Below are positions 26,534-40,200 of a stretch of DNA of 64,000 nucleotides, one piece after another. Origin of the DNA: Saccostrea echinata. Taxonomy: Eukaryota. The DNA is taken from contig NW_026889758.1 of assembly GCF_033153115.1 (NCBI RefSeq), forward strand, positions 49,972,001-50,036,000, given 5' to 3'. Positions within the stretch are counted from its first letter, which is position 1, and each line of letters starts with the position of its first letter. The notes beneath the pieces are model-generated. The model was given only the letters and a program-made list of their open reading frames with translations. It searched no databases and had not been told where the DNA came from. The position numbers and the translations under genes are program-made.

Positions 26534-26831
26534 TGTTTGTTTTTTATTGTTTAACGTCCCTCTCGAGAATTTTTACTCATTAGGAGACGCCACCACTTGC
26601 CGGTGGAGAGCTGCAAATTTTGACCTATACTCGGCACTCAGGGCCATTGAGCAGTGAGGGATCTTTTTCGTGCCAGCACCTATTGCGACACGAGACCTCG
26701 GTTTATACGGTCTCATCCGAAGGACCGGTCTCCACGTCCCACAGTGAGATTCGAACCCGCGACGTAAGGATTAACTCCTTACTCCGAGACTCTAGAGCGA
26801 ACGCTCTAACCACTGCGCGACGCGGGTGACT
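26534..26831 (-). mobile_element. tRNA-derived SINE with 12-bp target-site duplication
   Basis: B-box-like GGTTCGAATC and (AAAC)n tail on the minus strand; TSD TGAATACAATGT at 26522-26533 and 26832-26843. Confidence 0.85.
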
Positions 26832-27222
26832 TGAATACAATGTAATTCATTTTCGAACAATAGTCATCCCGATCTTATATTTTCAATACCATAAAAATTG
26901 TCCTGCCTTGAAAACATGAAAAAATATTATTATTCATCAACTTCCAATTTTGGGCAGATTTCTTCTTCTTCTTTGCTGATTGTTTACAGAAAAAACATTC
27001 TCAGAATCTACTGTATAACAATCTTTAATTTCAGATCAGCAAGGAATTTATCATTTCAAAATTCCGAGAGGCCCATGAGCCTTATGATCACTTGGGAATT
27101 TTATGCTCAATTTGATACAAGTACACATATTTCATGTTTATTAGAATAACTATCGTAGCTTCTTCGCTACCCATGCACAAGAGAGCTGGCTTACATTATA
27201 TGCAAACACTTTCCTTTGGGTA

Positions 27223-27490
27223 TTACTGTCTTATGACAATATCAAGTTGATTTTTGTACTAAAATACAAGAATTACTTTTGCCGATGCAAAAGTTGCCTC
27301 CTCTGTGAGTTGTTTAAAGGGTTGTGGTATTTTAACAATGTATTTCTTTCGTACTTTTTTTTACTGTCTTATGACAATATCTAGTTGATTTTTGTACTAA
27401 AATACAAGAATTACTTTTGCCGATGCAAAAGTTGCCTCCTCTTTGAGTTGTTTATAGGGGCAGGGGCATTTTAACAATGTATTTTATTTT
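27223..27490. repeat. Direct tandem duplication, about 138 bp x2
   Basis: TTACTGTCTTATGACAATATC..GCCGATGCAAAAGTTGCCTCCTCT..TTAACAATGTATTT present twice. Confidence 0.9.
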
Positions 27491-28019
27491 TTGTATGTAT
27501 TTTAGCAATGAATATAAAACCTTTTTGATCATGTTTAGTAAAAAGCAAAATAAATGCAAAAATCAAACAAACAAACAAAAAAGAACAAAGCAAAGAAACC
27601 AAAAAACACAAACAAATAACAACAACAAATAAAAAAACAACAACAAGAAGAGAAAATTAAACAAACAAAGCAAATCGAATTGAATAAACATACGTGCACT
27701 ATTTCCTCAATGTTTTCAATTCTTTATTCTCTTCTAAACCCGATCACTGGTACAAGAGGTACATATATACAAAAATAACATGGGTTAAAAAAATAGACAA
27801 GTATATAAAGAAAAAAGAAATAGAATGAAATAAACATATTATCAGTTATATATATGGAGGATTCAAGAAGGACAGTCAGTTTTGAAAATTTTCTTAATCA
27901 ATTTTGACAATGATTTTTGTATTTCTACATTATTTGTGTTCATAAGTTCATTAAATTTGAAAGTGTTAGGATTTTTACAATATCTTTTAGGAGAAATATT
28001 TTTCTGTCATTCGAATAGT

Positions 28020-28315
28020 TTTGTTTGTTTGTTTTAACGTCCCTCTCGAGAATTGTTCACTCATATGGAGACGCCAGCACTTACTTGTGGAGAGCTGCAA
28101 ATTTTGACCTATGCTCAGCACTAAGGGCCATTGACAGCGAAGGATCTTTTTCGTGCCAACACCTACTGCGACACGGGACCTCGGTTTATACGGTCTCATC
28201 CGAAGGACCGGTCTCCACGTTCCACAGTGGGATTCGAACCCGTGACGTAAGGATTAACTCCTTACTCCGCGACTCTATAGAGCAGACGCTCTTACCACTG
28301 AGCCACTCGGGCGAC
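28020..28315 (-). mobile_element. tRNA-derived SINE, same family as 26534-26831
   Basis: Highly similar body; TSD CATTCGAATAGT (28008-28019) / CATTCGAAAAGT (28316-28327). Confidence 0.85.
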
Positions 28316-29539
28316 CATTCGAAAAGTACTTGCATTCCATAACATAATGAAATTTATCACAAATAGTTTTACAATCACAAATGGTACATATTCTTAAATT
28401 TCTATCAATATTATTCCCTCTACCTGTTTCAATTAGCAAATGATGATTACATGTTCGCAGTTTTTTTTAAGTGTAACTCTCATTTCAATCTTTTGGTAAA
28501 TTCAGCAAATAATTTTCGAAATCAAAATTCGTTTTCAAAATTCTATAATTAATATCAAGTCCGGTTCATAAGAACAATGAAACTGAACTTGTTTATTAAT
28601 CAGGACAAGAGATTAAAAAAAACACTTATAGTTGTAAATTGTATAAAGAAAAGACCTACACAGTGGCTGATACTCGAATATATGTATGATGATGACTTTG
28701 ATCAATGCAAAAGCCGAAATTCGATGATTTATAATTGAAACCTTGATAAGAAAATGAAGAAATGGAATTTGAATTATATTCTTTATCATTTCTTTTTTTT
28801 TATTATTTCACCATATTGAAGACCCTTTTCGATTACCAATTCATTACAGCGAGGAAAAACGACGTAAAAATGATGAATAATTCTGCACACAGAAGACATA
28901 ATTAACACAAAGAGATTATGATTACATGATATTTCACTGTTGGTTATAATAATTCCAATACGTAAGCAAGAAGTCAGCTGTAAAACAAGTAAATAAATCA
29001 TAAGTTTATGAGTCAATACGTCCATGTGTCATACAAGGATTTAAAAAAATTATACTTTTTAAATAGTATATATTGATACAGTCTACATGCATATCTAATG
29101 ATTACAAACACGAGGCCCAAAGATATGTATAATGTAACACTGTAATGGATCCATTGATTGAAATTAAAATAAAACAATTAAGCTCATCTGCTTATTTTGT
29201 TTAATTTTATACTTCAATCTACGGATCCTAACTATATCTAGACAAAACAATAGTTCTACAAATAAACCTATCTCATTTCCTCTCACATTGGCCTTTCTTG
29301 GTCTTTTAGGAATAATTGATGTACAAAGATAAGGTATTTTTGTCCTATTTTGTTATCTATTATTTAGAAGTCTATCTGATCATTAAAACTACGAAAGTAC
29401 TTTTTGTATTGAATATTATAAAAATTCTTGCATAATTCTTGTATTCAAGTGACATTTCAATTACATTATTGACAGTGATTAATTATCATAGATGAATAGC
29501 AAAGTGGAATGGCTTCTTTCAGTAGAATACGAATTAATA

Positions 29540-29979
29540 AAATGACCAAGCGGTGCAGAATGCCAAAATTCTGGCAAAAATATCCTTGCTTATTATAACT
29601 TTATAAACTCTGTTTGTCTCATAGATGCCAAGGAGCAGTGAAGATGTTCAAAGAAATAATGCATTTTCACTATAGATTCAACATAGTTTCACCCTAATAC
29701 CAAAGCCCCTGACACAGGGGCCAAGAAATTCACAGTTTTTGAAAAGGCACCATTGTTCATCATAACTATGTTTGCTAAATATCCAGGGACAAAGAAGACA
29801 ATATTTTTTAAAAGAAATAATGCATTTTCACTATACGTTCTAGTATTCAAAAGAGCCCCTGCCATAACGCCGAAACCCAATGATCCAGAAGTTATGAATT
29901 TCCTTTTTTTTTTTTTGAAATTACATCCTTGCTCCTTATAACCATCAAATTAGTTTATCTGGTAAATACACAGGCACAG

Positions 29980-30016
<37 letters not shown>

Positions 30017-31080
30017 ATCCAACGCCTACCCCCCCCCCCCCTCGGGACCCCTAACCTTGGGCCTACGAATTTCACAATTTTGGAAGAGGCATCCCTGCTT
30101 ATTATGAATATGCACTTAGTTTATCTGCTTAATACCCAAGAACAGAGAGGATTTTTGAAAAAATTAACTCATTTTACTATATAACCAAAAGAGCCCCGTC
30201 CTAAAACCAGAACCCCTGACCCAGGGGCCACGAAATTCATAATTTTGGAAGAGGCTTCCTTGCTTATCGTAACTTTGCACTTGAATTCTCTGCTTAATAC
30301 CCAGATAAGAAGATTTTCATAGAAAAAAAATGCACCTTCACTACATAATCAAAAGAGCCCCCGCCCCTTCTGCAGAACCATGTCCCTGTGGCCACAAATT
30401 TCAAAATTTTTATTGAGAGGCACTCTTGATCATTTCATTGACCATGCACTTACACATGCTTACACGTTTACATGCTTACTATCCAGGAACAAAGAAGATT
30501 TTCAAAGAATTTAAAATGCATTTTCACATTATATTCAATAGAGTCCCGCTCTAACAACAGAACCCCATATCCAGGGGTCATGAAATTCACAATTTTGGAA
30601 GAGGCACCCTTGATCATCATAACTATGCACTTGGTTTCTTTGCTTATTACATAGGAGTAGAGAAGAAGATTTCAAAGAAATAATGCATTTTCACTATGTG
30701 ATCATAAGAGCCCCACCCTAGCTCCAGAACCCTTTTCCCTGGGGTCATGAATTTCACAATTTTGGTAGAGGGCTTAATGCTTATTACAATCATGTCAACA
30801 GTTTGACTGTTTGATATCGAGGAGTTAAAAAAATATATATTTTTAAGAATGCACTGATTTTGATAGTTTTAGCCCCACCCCTAGATCCCAAGGCGGTAGG
30901 GGGCACGGACCATGAAATTCTAAATTTTTGTACCCCTTCACCCACTGATTTATATGCTAAAATTGATTGCAATTGGTGAAAATGTTTAAGAGAAGAAAAT
31001 GAAAATGTTCAACGTTCGACGCACGGCGACGGACGAAAACAGTTAGCATTGGTCACCTGAGTGACTCAGGTGACCTCATA
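29540..31080. mobile_element. Pearl/Helentron-type element with about 150-bp internal repeats
   Basis: Repeated GAAGATTTTCAAAGAAATAATGCATTTTCACTAT..GGGGTCATGAAATTCACAATTTTGGAAGAGGC; ends GGTCACCTGAGTGACTCAGGTGACCT. Confidence 0.75.
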
Positions 31081-31329
31081 AGTATTTTTTTGTCCTATTC
31101 AGTAGTTTCAGATTTTTTTTAACAGGCTAACATATTATTGTCGAACAATTTAATTTTGTTACCTATTTTTGTGTTTGTTTCTTTAAGGATACAATTCCTC
31201 AAACACTTATAAAAATAAAACAGCAAACTAAGTAAAAAATTTTTTTAATTAAAATTTAAAAAAACAAACATTTTTAGCCGTTGGGGTTTAATAGTATACC
31301 AACTGACTGTACTGATTTCAACTGACCAA

Positions 31330-32040
31330 CAATAATCAATCTGATTATCTTATCATTGTAATGACTATGTACAACATGACCAAACTAATCGACGAACCAA
31401 CCCATTTTACTGAAGACTCCTCTACACTTCTAGATGTCATTATAGTTAGTGATAGTAGTATTCTGGAAAAAGTTTATATTGGTGGTTGTTTTCTGGACCA
31501 GAATATACGCTATCGCCGGCCTGTTTATGCGATGATAAGCCAATATAATCAAATCAAATCTCTTACTCATTCAAACGCGAAATTTGGTTATTAAATCGAG
31601 GCGATTGGGATTCATATAGAGATAACATAAACTCAGTCGACTGGGATGAACTATTACCTGATCCTGACATCGACACGAAAGCAGGCTAAAATTAACATTC
31701 TTAAAAAGACAGTGACAATTAAAAAATTCATATCCTCTTTAGCTAAAAAAACCCCCCACTTTTAGAACACATTCGTAGACAGAAACGAGTACATTTAATC
31801 GCAAAAAAGAACTGATAATCCAACACTCAAACCAGTAATGACTTACCTCTCTTAGAAGTTAATGGCAACGTATTCGACAAAAAAAAAATGATAAAGCGAC
31901 GGCATTTAACATTTTTTTTACTAACCAATCAAAAATCGACAATTCAGCAGCGCTTCTTCCAAATAATAAAAACGCTTGTGACCATATATTTTAAGAAATA
32001 ATATTGACTGATGAGGAAGTTAAAAACGTTCTCCTTTCCT
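31330..32040 (+). mobile_element. Degenerate CR1/L2-group LINE fragment (end of endonuclease and linker)
   Basis: 'LIDEPTHFTEDSSTLLDVIIVS' is the APE C-terminal motif; followed by stops and frameshifts. Confidence 0.7.
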
Positions 32041-32046
32041 CAAATT

Positions 32047-32172
32047 TTTTGGATGCAGAAATTAAATGATGTACATATTTGAAAATACTATTAAGGAAAT
32101 TATAAATATTATATTAATATATTTATATTAATATTTTCAAATATGTACATCATTTAATTTCTGCATCCAAAA
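32047..32172. repeat. Perfect 41-bp inverted repeat with AT-rich spacer
   Basis: TTTTGGATGCAGAAATTAAATGATGTACATATTTGAAAATA (32047-32087) and its exact reverse complement (32132-32172). Confidence 0.9.
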
Positions 32173-32584
32173 GATTTGTGACATGAATTTTATCGACGTT
32201 TTCGTCCTCTCTGTTTTGTTGAATTGTTGAATTTGAAATCTATACTAAATTGTTTACTCCTTACTTTTTTATATTTATATTTGTATGTACTTATGATATC
32301 TCTCCAAATATTTGTTCATTTACTAGCTCATTTTTTCCCATTCATTTATCCTTTATTCCTATTTCAATGATTATTTTTATTACATGTATATTTCTCATGC
32401 AACAGAGGCAAATGTATGACTTATTTAAATGAACAAACTGACCGTACCCTTGAATAACGTTAACGCATGAATTGCATTGAAATTTTTTATCCAAACAAAA
32501 ACAAATGGCTGGACTTGAGATTTAAATCTCGTGTAGCTACGTCATATACCTTATTTTGCTGACCCAAAGAAAACTTCCTTAGGG

Positions 32585-32593
32585 TATAAATAG
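32585..32593 (+). promoter_or_regulatory. TATA box of the upstream (long-form) expansin promoter
   Basis: TATAAATAG about 100 nt before ATG AA|GTAAGT at 32687. Confidence 0.6.
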
Positions 32594-32686
32594 AGGTTCT
32601 CTCGAAAATGACCAACAAAAAATAAAGTAAGGAGAAAAATGCGAGCCAAATAAGACAAGCACAGAGAAACACTGGGAAAAGACATA

Positions 32687-34221
32687 ATGAAGTAAGTTTT
32701 GCTTAATAATTAGTTATACACTACTGAAATGATTTTATAATCATTTTTCCGTAATTAGTTTAATATAGAAAAAAGAATGTAATTTTCTTTTCATTTAAAA
32801 TCTATACCGACTTGCGACCAATTCTCTGACAGAACTGCCATGAAAAATGTTGATTGTTATATACATATTTTGCATAAAAAAATTGTAACCATAGTGAACC
32901 TCTCTCAGACAGGCCACTGAATTTTTTTTTACACTAATTATTATTTATTAAAAATGATTGTACATTTGTAACAGTTCAGGCGCAAAACCTCGATGTAAGT
33001 TTTTTATTGCTGTCATACTACATGTATATAAGCTTTTGAAAAAAAGCCTAAATTATAATAATTTTTGCTGCGTAAAATAGCAAATTATTTTAAAATTGGG
33101 GGGGGGGGGGGTTCTACGACATGTGCCATATCTCCCCTAGTTCAGATATTCGGGATATATCGTACATTGCACATTTCTTTAATTTTTTAATTTTCATTTC
33201 AATGAACCAATGAAATGAGATATTTTTGTATATTGAGTAATACATGTTTTGAAAAAATCCTCATACAAATCATGTCCGAGGACTAATATTATACTCATAA
33301 TTTCAGAAAAGGTGTATAAATTAACATCGAAATAAATTAATCATGCATTTATCCGTTGCACACGTTCAACTTAATCAAGAAACTTTGTAAAAAAAAAAAT
33401 ATGTATTTTATAAAAATTAAAAGAATTTTCGTCAAACTCCAAGCAAAGAGGAATTTGGTCACCAACCAGTATTTTGCTGCAAGCAAATAATGCAGTCATT
33501 TATTTAAAACGTCCTTATGATTCTTCATATAAGATTTTTTTTTCTTTATCCAGGTACAGTTTAGCAATACTAATGGCTTTCTGGACGGGTGTGAGTGCAA
33601 TTTACGAGGTACCCGTACAGAATGGGAATGTCTGGGGAAATAATAGGTCTGCTCGGAAAATGAAAGGCTGGTGCGTGTTTGAACTAAACGAATTCAGGGG
33701 CCCAGGAGACATCAAAATGGACCTCATCTTTAACAAACCAACGAGAAATCTTCAGGTTAAGGGTATATTTTTATGCATTCGCAAATTCTCACCACTTTCC
33801 CACTTTAAAAAAAAATAAAGCAAAGAGTGGTTTTTCCCGACAAATATGATCGATTGTATGGGGTTATTGAACTTCTATTGGTGAATACAAGGCACATTGC
33901 AATACTACGAAAATGGAGTGTCTAGATTAGCCTTTTCAGATACAGACAAAAAAGAAACACTGAATATATATTTTTCATCAATTTCAAATAAAGAAAGTAC
34001 GAATTGCATACTACGTAATGTATTATTTATGTAATGAAAATATTTCTGATATTCAAATACATGATCAAGAGGCTCTAGATATTATTTCGATCTTGCCTGT
34101 TAATAAAGCTACTGGTCCAGACAACACAAGTCATCGAATGTTAAAATGCACTAAATTTACGATATCAAACCCCTTATGTATGCTTTTTATGCCCCCGGAT
34201 CGGGGGTATATTGTTTTTGTC

Positions 34222-34253
<32 letters not shown>

Positions 34254-37200
34254 TGTCAACTTTAACCTTGCCCTTAACTTTTGATTGGTTGGACCTATGA
34301 CTTTTATATTTCACATGTGTATTCCTTGTGACATGGGCCTTCTTTGGGTACCATCATATTTGACCTTGACCTTGAAGTTTGACCCACTTTTACAAAATTT
34401 TATGAGACTTTAGTTTTGGCCATAACTTCTGAACAGTTGGTGCTTGGGGTTTCAAACTTCACATGTGTATTCTTTGTGACAAGGCCTTCCTTTGGATACC
34501 AACAACTTTGACCTTTTGACCTTGACCAGCTGACCTTGACCTTGGAGTTTGGCCTATTTTTGAAAAAACCATAACCTTGGCCATAACTTTTAAACAGTTG
34601 GTGCTTGGGGTTTCAAACTTCACATGTGTTTTCCTTGTGACAAGACCTTCCTCTGGATATCAACCTCTTTTACCCTTTGACCTTGACCTAGGAGGTTGAT
34701 CTACTTTTGAAAAACGTTAACCTTGGCCATAACTTTTGAATGGTTGGTGCTAGGGCTTTCATACTTCATATATGTAATCCTTGAGACAAGACCTTCCTTT
34801 GGATACCAACAACTTTGACCTTGACCTTGACGTTTTACTTACTTTTGAAAAAAACTTTAACCTTCGCCATAACTTTTGAACAGATGCAGCTAGGGCTTTC
34901 AAATTTCACAGGTATATATTCCTCGAGACAAGACCTTTCTTTGGGTACCAACATTTTTTATCTTTTGGCCTGGATTTTTACTTGCATTTGAGAAACTTTA
35001 ACCTTCGCCATAAGCTGCTATACGGGGGCATCAGTGTTTCACAAACACATCTTGTTTACACATTTTCAGAAAAATCCTTTCCAACCATGTATTGTTTCTA
35101 TTTAAGAAAGACGATTATTTATCATGTATTAATTATTTCAATTAACTCAAAATTAAGGAGAATTTTTCATTATCGGCATTTAAATTAAAACTTTTTAATA
35201 TCAACGTCTGTCCTGTAACTGTTCAATATCGCACCATTCCAATGATCCTACCATGCTTTAAGATTGGCCTATGTCATTAAGGCTATAAGGTACTAAATTA
35301 CTAAATCAAATTAAAAATTTCAATTTTGTGTGAAAATAAACACATCTTACCTAGCTGACACTTCCTATCTAAATATTGCGGTTGAGGTTGACCAGACGAC
35401 ATTTCTTGTTCACAACGGGGCGTTCGATATTGAACGCTTGCATTTGGAATGATTCGGGGCATACTCGTATACAAAATGCAAACTCAGTGTTCTATAAAAC
35501 ACCAAGATACTGAACGCTAAAATTCTCTAGACTTTTGGTAGTCTTTTCTAATATTATTGACTATTTATTAGCTATATAATAATAATAAATATAACAATAT
35601 AATAGTAATCAAACTCAGTGTTCAATAAAACGCCAAGATACTGAACGCTAAAACTCTCTAGACTTTTAGTAGTTTTTTTTTTTATTATAGACTATTTATT
35701 TGCTATATAATAATAATAAATATAATAATATAATAATAATCAATAATTATGAATCATTTTGATCTTTCCTTTGATTGTCAATGAATTAGTTAATAAGATC
35801 GAGCTTCATTCCTTCATAGCTGGAAGTATGATAAATTGCGTTCAGTTCTATATCAAATTATTCTGAACGCCAGCTATATCAAAAGTATAATACAAATAAA
35901 AATTGTGCTACCGTTTCACGTGAATTCCGGCCTTTATTTTTTCTCCCAGTTCGACTAGATTAGTGTTCTCTTACTCTGTACAATCCGACATTCTGTATAT
36001 TCCGAACAAAAATTTGTGTCCCAGTGTTTTTCGTATTAAATTAGACGGGTTTCACGCCCTCAATTTCTTAGATGGATAAAAGAAAATAATTTACATGTAA
36101 TTGACATTGTTGAGATAATCAAAAACATACAATATAATTTACGATTTTTATTTTCTTTAACAGGTATGGATAATGAATATCGATAAAATACTGAACAAGG
36201 GACGGGCATATGAATTATCAAGCAAGTATTCGTATTCCAATACGATGCTGAAAGTTGAATTCATTTTGACATACAGAGGTAGCAAGAAGAAGTTTCCAAT
36301 AGGAAGATGCATCAGTAACATAACGCCACCCTCTACAACACCACAAACGCGCACTACGCATGCGTCAGTGACACCACAAGCAAGTTCCACGACAGTGACA
36401 CAAAAACCAACGACAACGTCAAAACCACGATACTCCACAACTACAATACCAGTGTCCTTTTCTGACGTCATACCGATATCAGTGAAGGGACAACATTGGA
36501 GCGTTGGAAATGGCTATAGAATGACCGGAGTCTGTATATTCCAGATTAAGCCAGTTCTTAACTCCTATAAAATCATGGTGGAATTTGACAAAGAAACTTA
36601 CCACATGACGGTAACAGATGTGTATTTATTTACAAGATAGCTAGATTATCACAATTTCTATCATACTATCTGCACTAACTTTGTGGTAACTATAGAAATC
36701 TGATTTTAAAGTAGATTCATTATAACTTAGGGAAAACATGTTTGTTATAGGAGTGGACAATGGATATTGAAGATCAACAGTCAAATGGGCTATGGTATTA
36801 CTTAAAAAGTAGATGGCCTGAGAGGCAAAATGAAATTAGATTGAGGTTTCACGTTGACTTTTATTCTCTTCCTATGCCAACTGGAACGTGTAAAATTGAT
36901 AGAAATGGTCAAACTCCGACACCCAAACCTTCAACTGCAATGCCAACACCAACTTCCAAAGCACCCACTCAGCAACCTTCGACCGCAGCGCCCACACAAA
37001 AACCTTCAACTGTTGTACCAACACAAAAATCTTCAACTGCAGCGTCAACACAGCAACCTTCATCAGCAGCGCCGACACAAAAACCTTCAACTGCAGCACC
37101 AACACAACAACCCTCAACCGCAGCGCCAACACAGAAACCTTCAACCGCTGCACCAACACAGCAACCTTCTACTACTCAAGCACCTACAGGTGGGTAATGT

Positions 37201-40200
37201 ATTACTATCCTTTTTTTAAAATTAAATTACCAGTTGAAAAACCAGTGTAGATGATATTTAATTTACTCTAAAAAGTTTTCATGCATTCAGACTTTTAGAA
37301 TCACAAAGTATTTCATATATCGTTAGCCTAACTATCATTAACATATTCCATTCCAAAGGAAGGTGATGTCACAAGGATTACATATGTGAGGTATGAAAGC
37401 CCTAGCACCAACCATTCAAAAATTATGGCCAAGGTTAAAGTTTTTCAAAAGTAGGTCAAACTCATAGGTCAAGGTCAAAGGGTCAAAGTGGTTGGTATTC
37501 AAAGGAAGGTGATGTCACAAGGATTACATATGTGAAGTATGAAAGCCCTAGCTCTAACCGTTCAAAAGTTATGGCCAAGGTTAAAGTTTTTCAAAAGTAG
37601 GTCAAACTCCTAGGTCAAGGTCAAAGGGTCAAAGTGGTTGGTATTCAAAGGAAGGTGATGTCACAAGGATTACATATGTGAAGTATGAAAGCCCTAGCTC
37701 TAACCGTTCAAAAGTTATGGCCAAGGTTAAAGTTTTTCAAAAGTAGGTCAAACTCCTAGGTCAAGGTCAAAGGGTCAAAGAGGTTGATATCCAGAGGAAG
37801 GTCTTGTCACAAGAAATACATATGTGAAGTTTGAAACCCCAAGCACCAACTGTTCAGAAGTTATGGCCAAGGTTGAAGTCTCCTAAAATTTTGCAAAAGT
37901 GGGTCAAACTCCAAGGTCAAGGTCAAAATGTCAAATATGATGGTACCCAAAGAAAGGTCTTGTCACAAGGAATACACATGTGAAATATGAAAGTCATAGC
38001 TCCAACCAATCAAAAGTTATGGGCAAGGTTAAAGTTGACAACAGACAGACAGACAAACAGATAAACAGACAAACAGACAGACAGGACAAAAACAATATAC
38101 CCCCGGGATCTTTCGATCCGGGGGCATAAAAATTAAAGAACTATAAAATGTGTGTTCAAGCATGATTGCTGAGACTATTTTGAGGGGGGGGGGGGGGGAA
38201 ACACGTTAAAATTTCTCGACGTTTATTTTTAATCTCATAAGATATGTATCAAAGTGTGTATAAGGGAGTAACAATACAAAAGTATTTTAATAAAGTTATT
38301 CTTATACATATCTACTTAGTAACTGGCATGCTTAAAAAACTTTAACTGATCATTTACTCGTTGAATATAGATCATATGTAGCAACCGAAGCATGTTTTGT
38401 ATGATTACCCGTGCATCATTGAAAAAAAGAACTGTAAATGAGCTAATATGTTTATTCAACCAGAAAAAGCAGGTCACATACATTATGTGGACTCTCAAAA
38501 ACCCCAATTTATAAGAAAATTTAAAAATCACCAATTTCTTCTAAAGTCAATTACATCAAAATTTTCTACACTTTATACAACCAATTAAAAGCTAGGCTTT
38601 TCGATATTATAGACAACTGTTTCTTCAATAAAAATGGAATTCGAAAATATTCGTATCTTGTGATTGGTCATCAACAAAATTACTTTGTTAAAAATCTCTC
38701 TGATTCTACAGAAAAGTACTCTGAAGTTTATATTAAAAGGATGCTTGAGTTCTTTATTGACAACATTTGTGTGGTCTTCGGAGACCGGGTCTTCCAACAA
38801 ATTGTTGGAATTCAGAAGGGTACTAATTCCCCTCCTTTATTAGCCGATAATAGTATATATTCCTATGAAGCATAATTTATTTTAAAAAACTTATACATAA
38901 GAAGAAAAAAACACTTGCTGTGGCCTTCAACTCCACATTCAGATACATGTATATTGACGACGTTTTATCACTTAACAATAGTTATTTCCATTCATATGTC
39001 GACTCGATATATCCCAGTGAATTTGAAATAAAATACACCACAGAGTCTGCCGAATCTGTTTCATATTTGGATATTTTACTAGAAAAAATACGTTAATACA
39101 GTTTGCATTTATACATTCTGGCAGTTTTCTTCTCTCAAACTTAGACATGAATTATTGAAATTAATGTACAAAGAATCAGGAATCACAAAGATCATGTTAA
39201 CAAATATATTTGATTAAAAAAAATTGTTAATGCTGAAGAAAAAAAATCAGAATTAGGCTTTTTAAAAATTATATCATATAATATTATCACAGAAACAGAC
39301 GAGTTAAGATTGATGCAATGCATCATTTCGCAGCAAACAATGTAGCATTTACAAAAGTATTTTCACGAGAAAGAGTCCAAGGAAAGCATAAAATTCTGAA
39401 AGAAAAAAATTATAAACTTTTTATTTAATAACTGAAATCAAAGCTTAAAAATTCACAAATTTTAAGATATCATAGCATTTAAAAAAAAAAAAAATTATTG
39501 CATTTGGCAATCAAAATAAATTAAATCAGTGATAAATGATGAATATGTATTATCATCAAAATGAAGGAGACAAATATTATATATAATTATAATCAGATCA
39601 CCAGTCATGGAGTTTTGCGAGGTGCCTTGATGGACAGCACAATAACTGCAAAGTGTAGAAAAAGTTGGGGTTTTTTTAATTTTACTAGGCCATCTTTAAA
39701 AAATTGTTTGGTTTTCCCCTTCCCGACCGACTGGCTAAAGATGGCCCGACTCAAACTTTTTTAACCTCCAGGAAGCATTTATTTTTTTTAATGCACTCCG
39801 AAAACAGATTTTGATCATTCAACATTGATTTTGAAATTTTCTTTGAAAAAAAAAATTCTCACCTACCTACCGACTCAATTTTTTTCATCCTGAGTCGGGA
39901 GAAGGCAAGCAAACATTATTTCAAAGTCGGTCCTAGTTCTATCAGCTTTTTAATTTCTATATATCACTTTCGGCACTGTAATTAATATCCACAATACTTC
40001 ATATCTTACACATTCCAATGTTGGGGAGTACCTTTTGTAAACTTTTTTTTTTGTATATATAAAATTATAAATTAATGAATATCTGGTGAGAACGGAAATA
40101 AAATTGAAACATGATAACAACAATTAAGATAGAATAAAGCAAATTTTGATATATTTTACTAAAAAGTATTATTCTATAGAACCAATAATTTAAAAAAAAA

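Noticed and set aside
26700-26830. tRNA gene (also 28200-28315 and 41271-41320)
   Set aside because: B-box-like motif belongs to SINE heads with tails and TSDs; no cloverleaf
36157-37219. Antisense and alternate-frame ORFs over the linker exons
   Set aside because: Shadows of low-complexity Pro/Thr codons in the real frame
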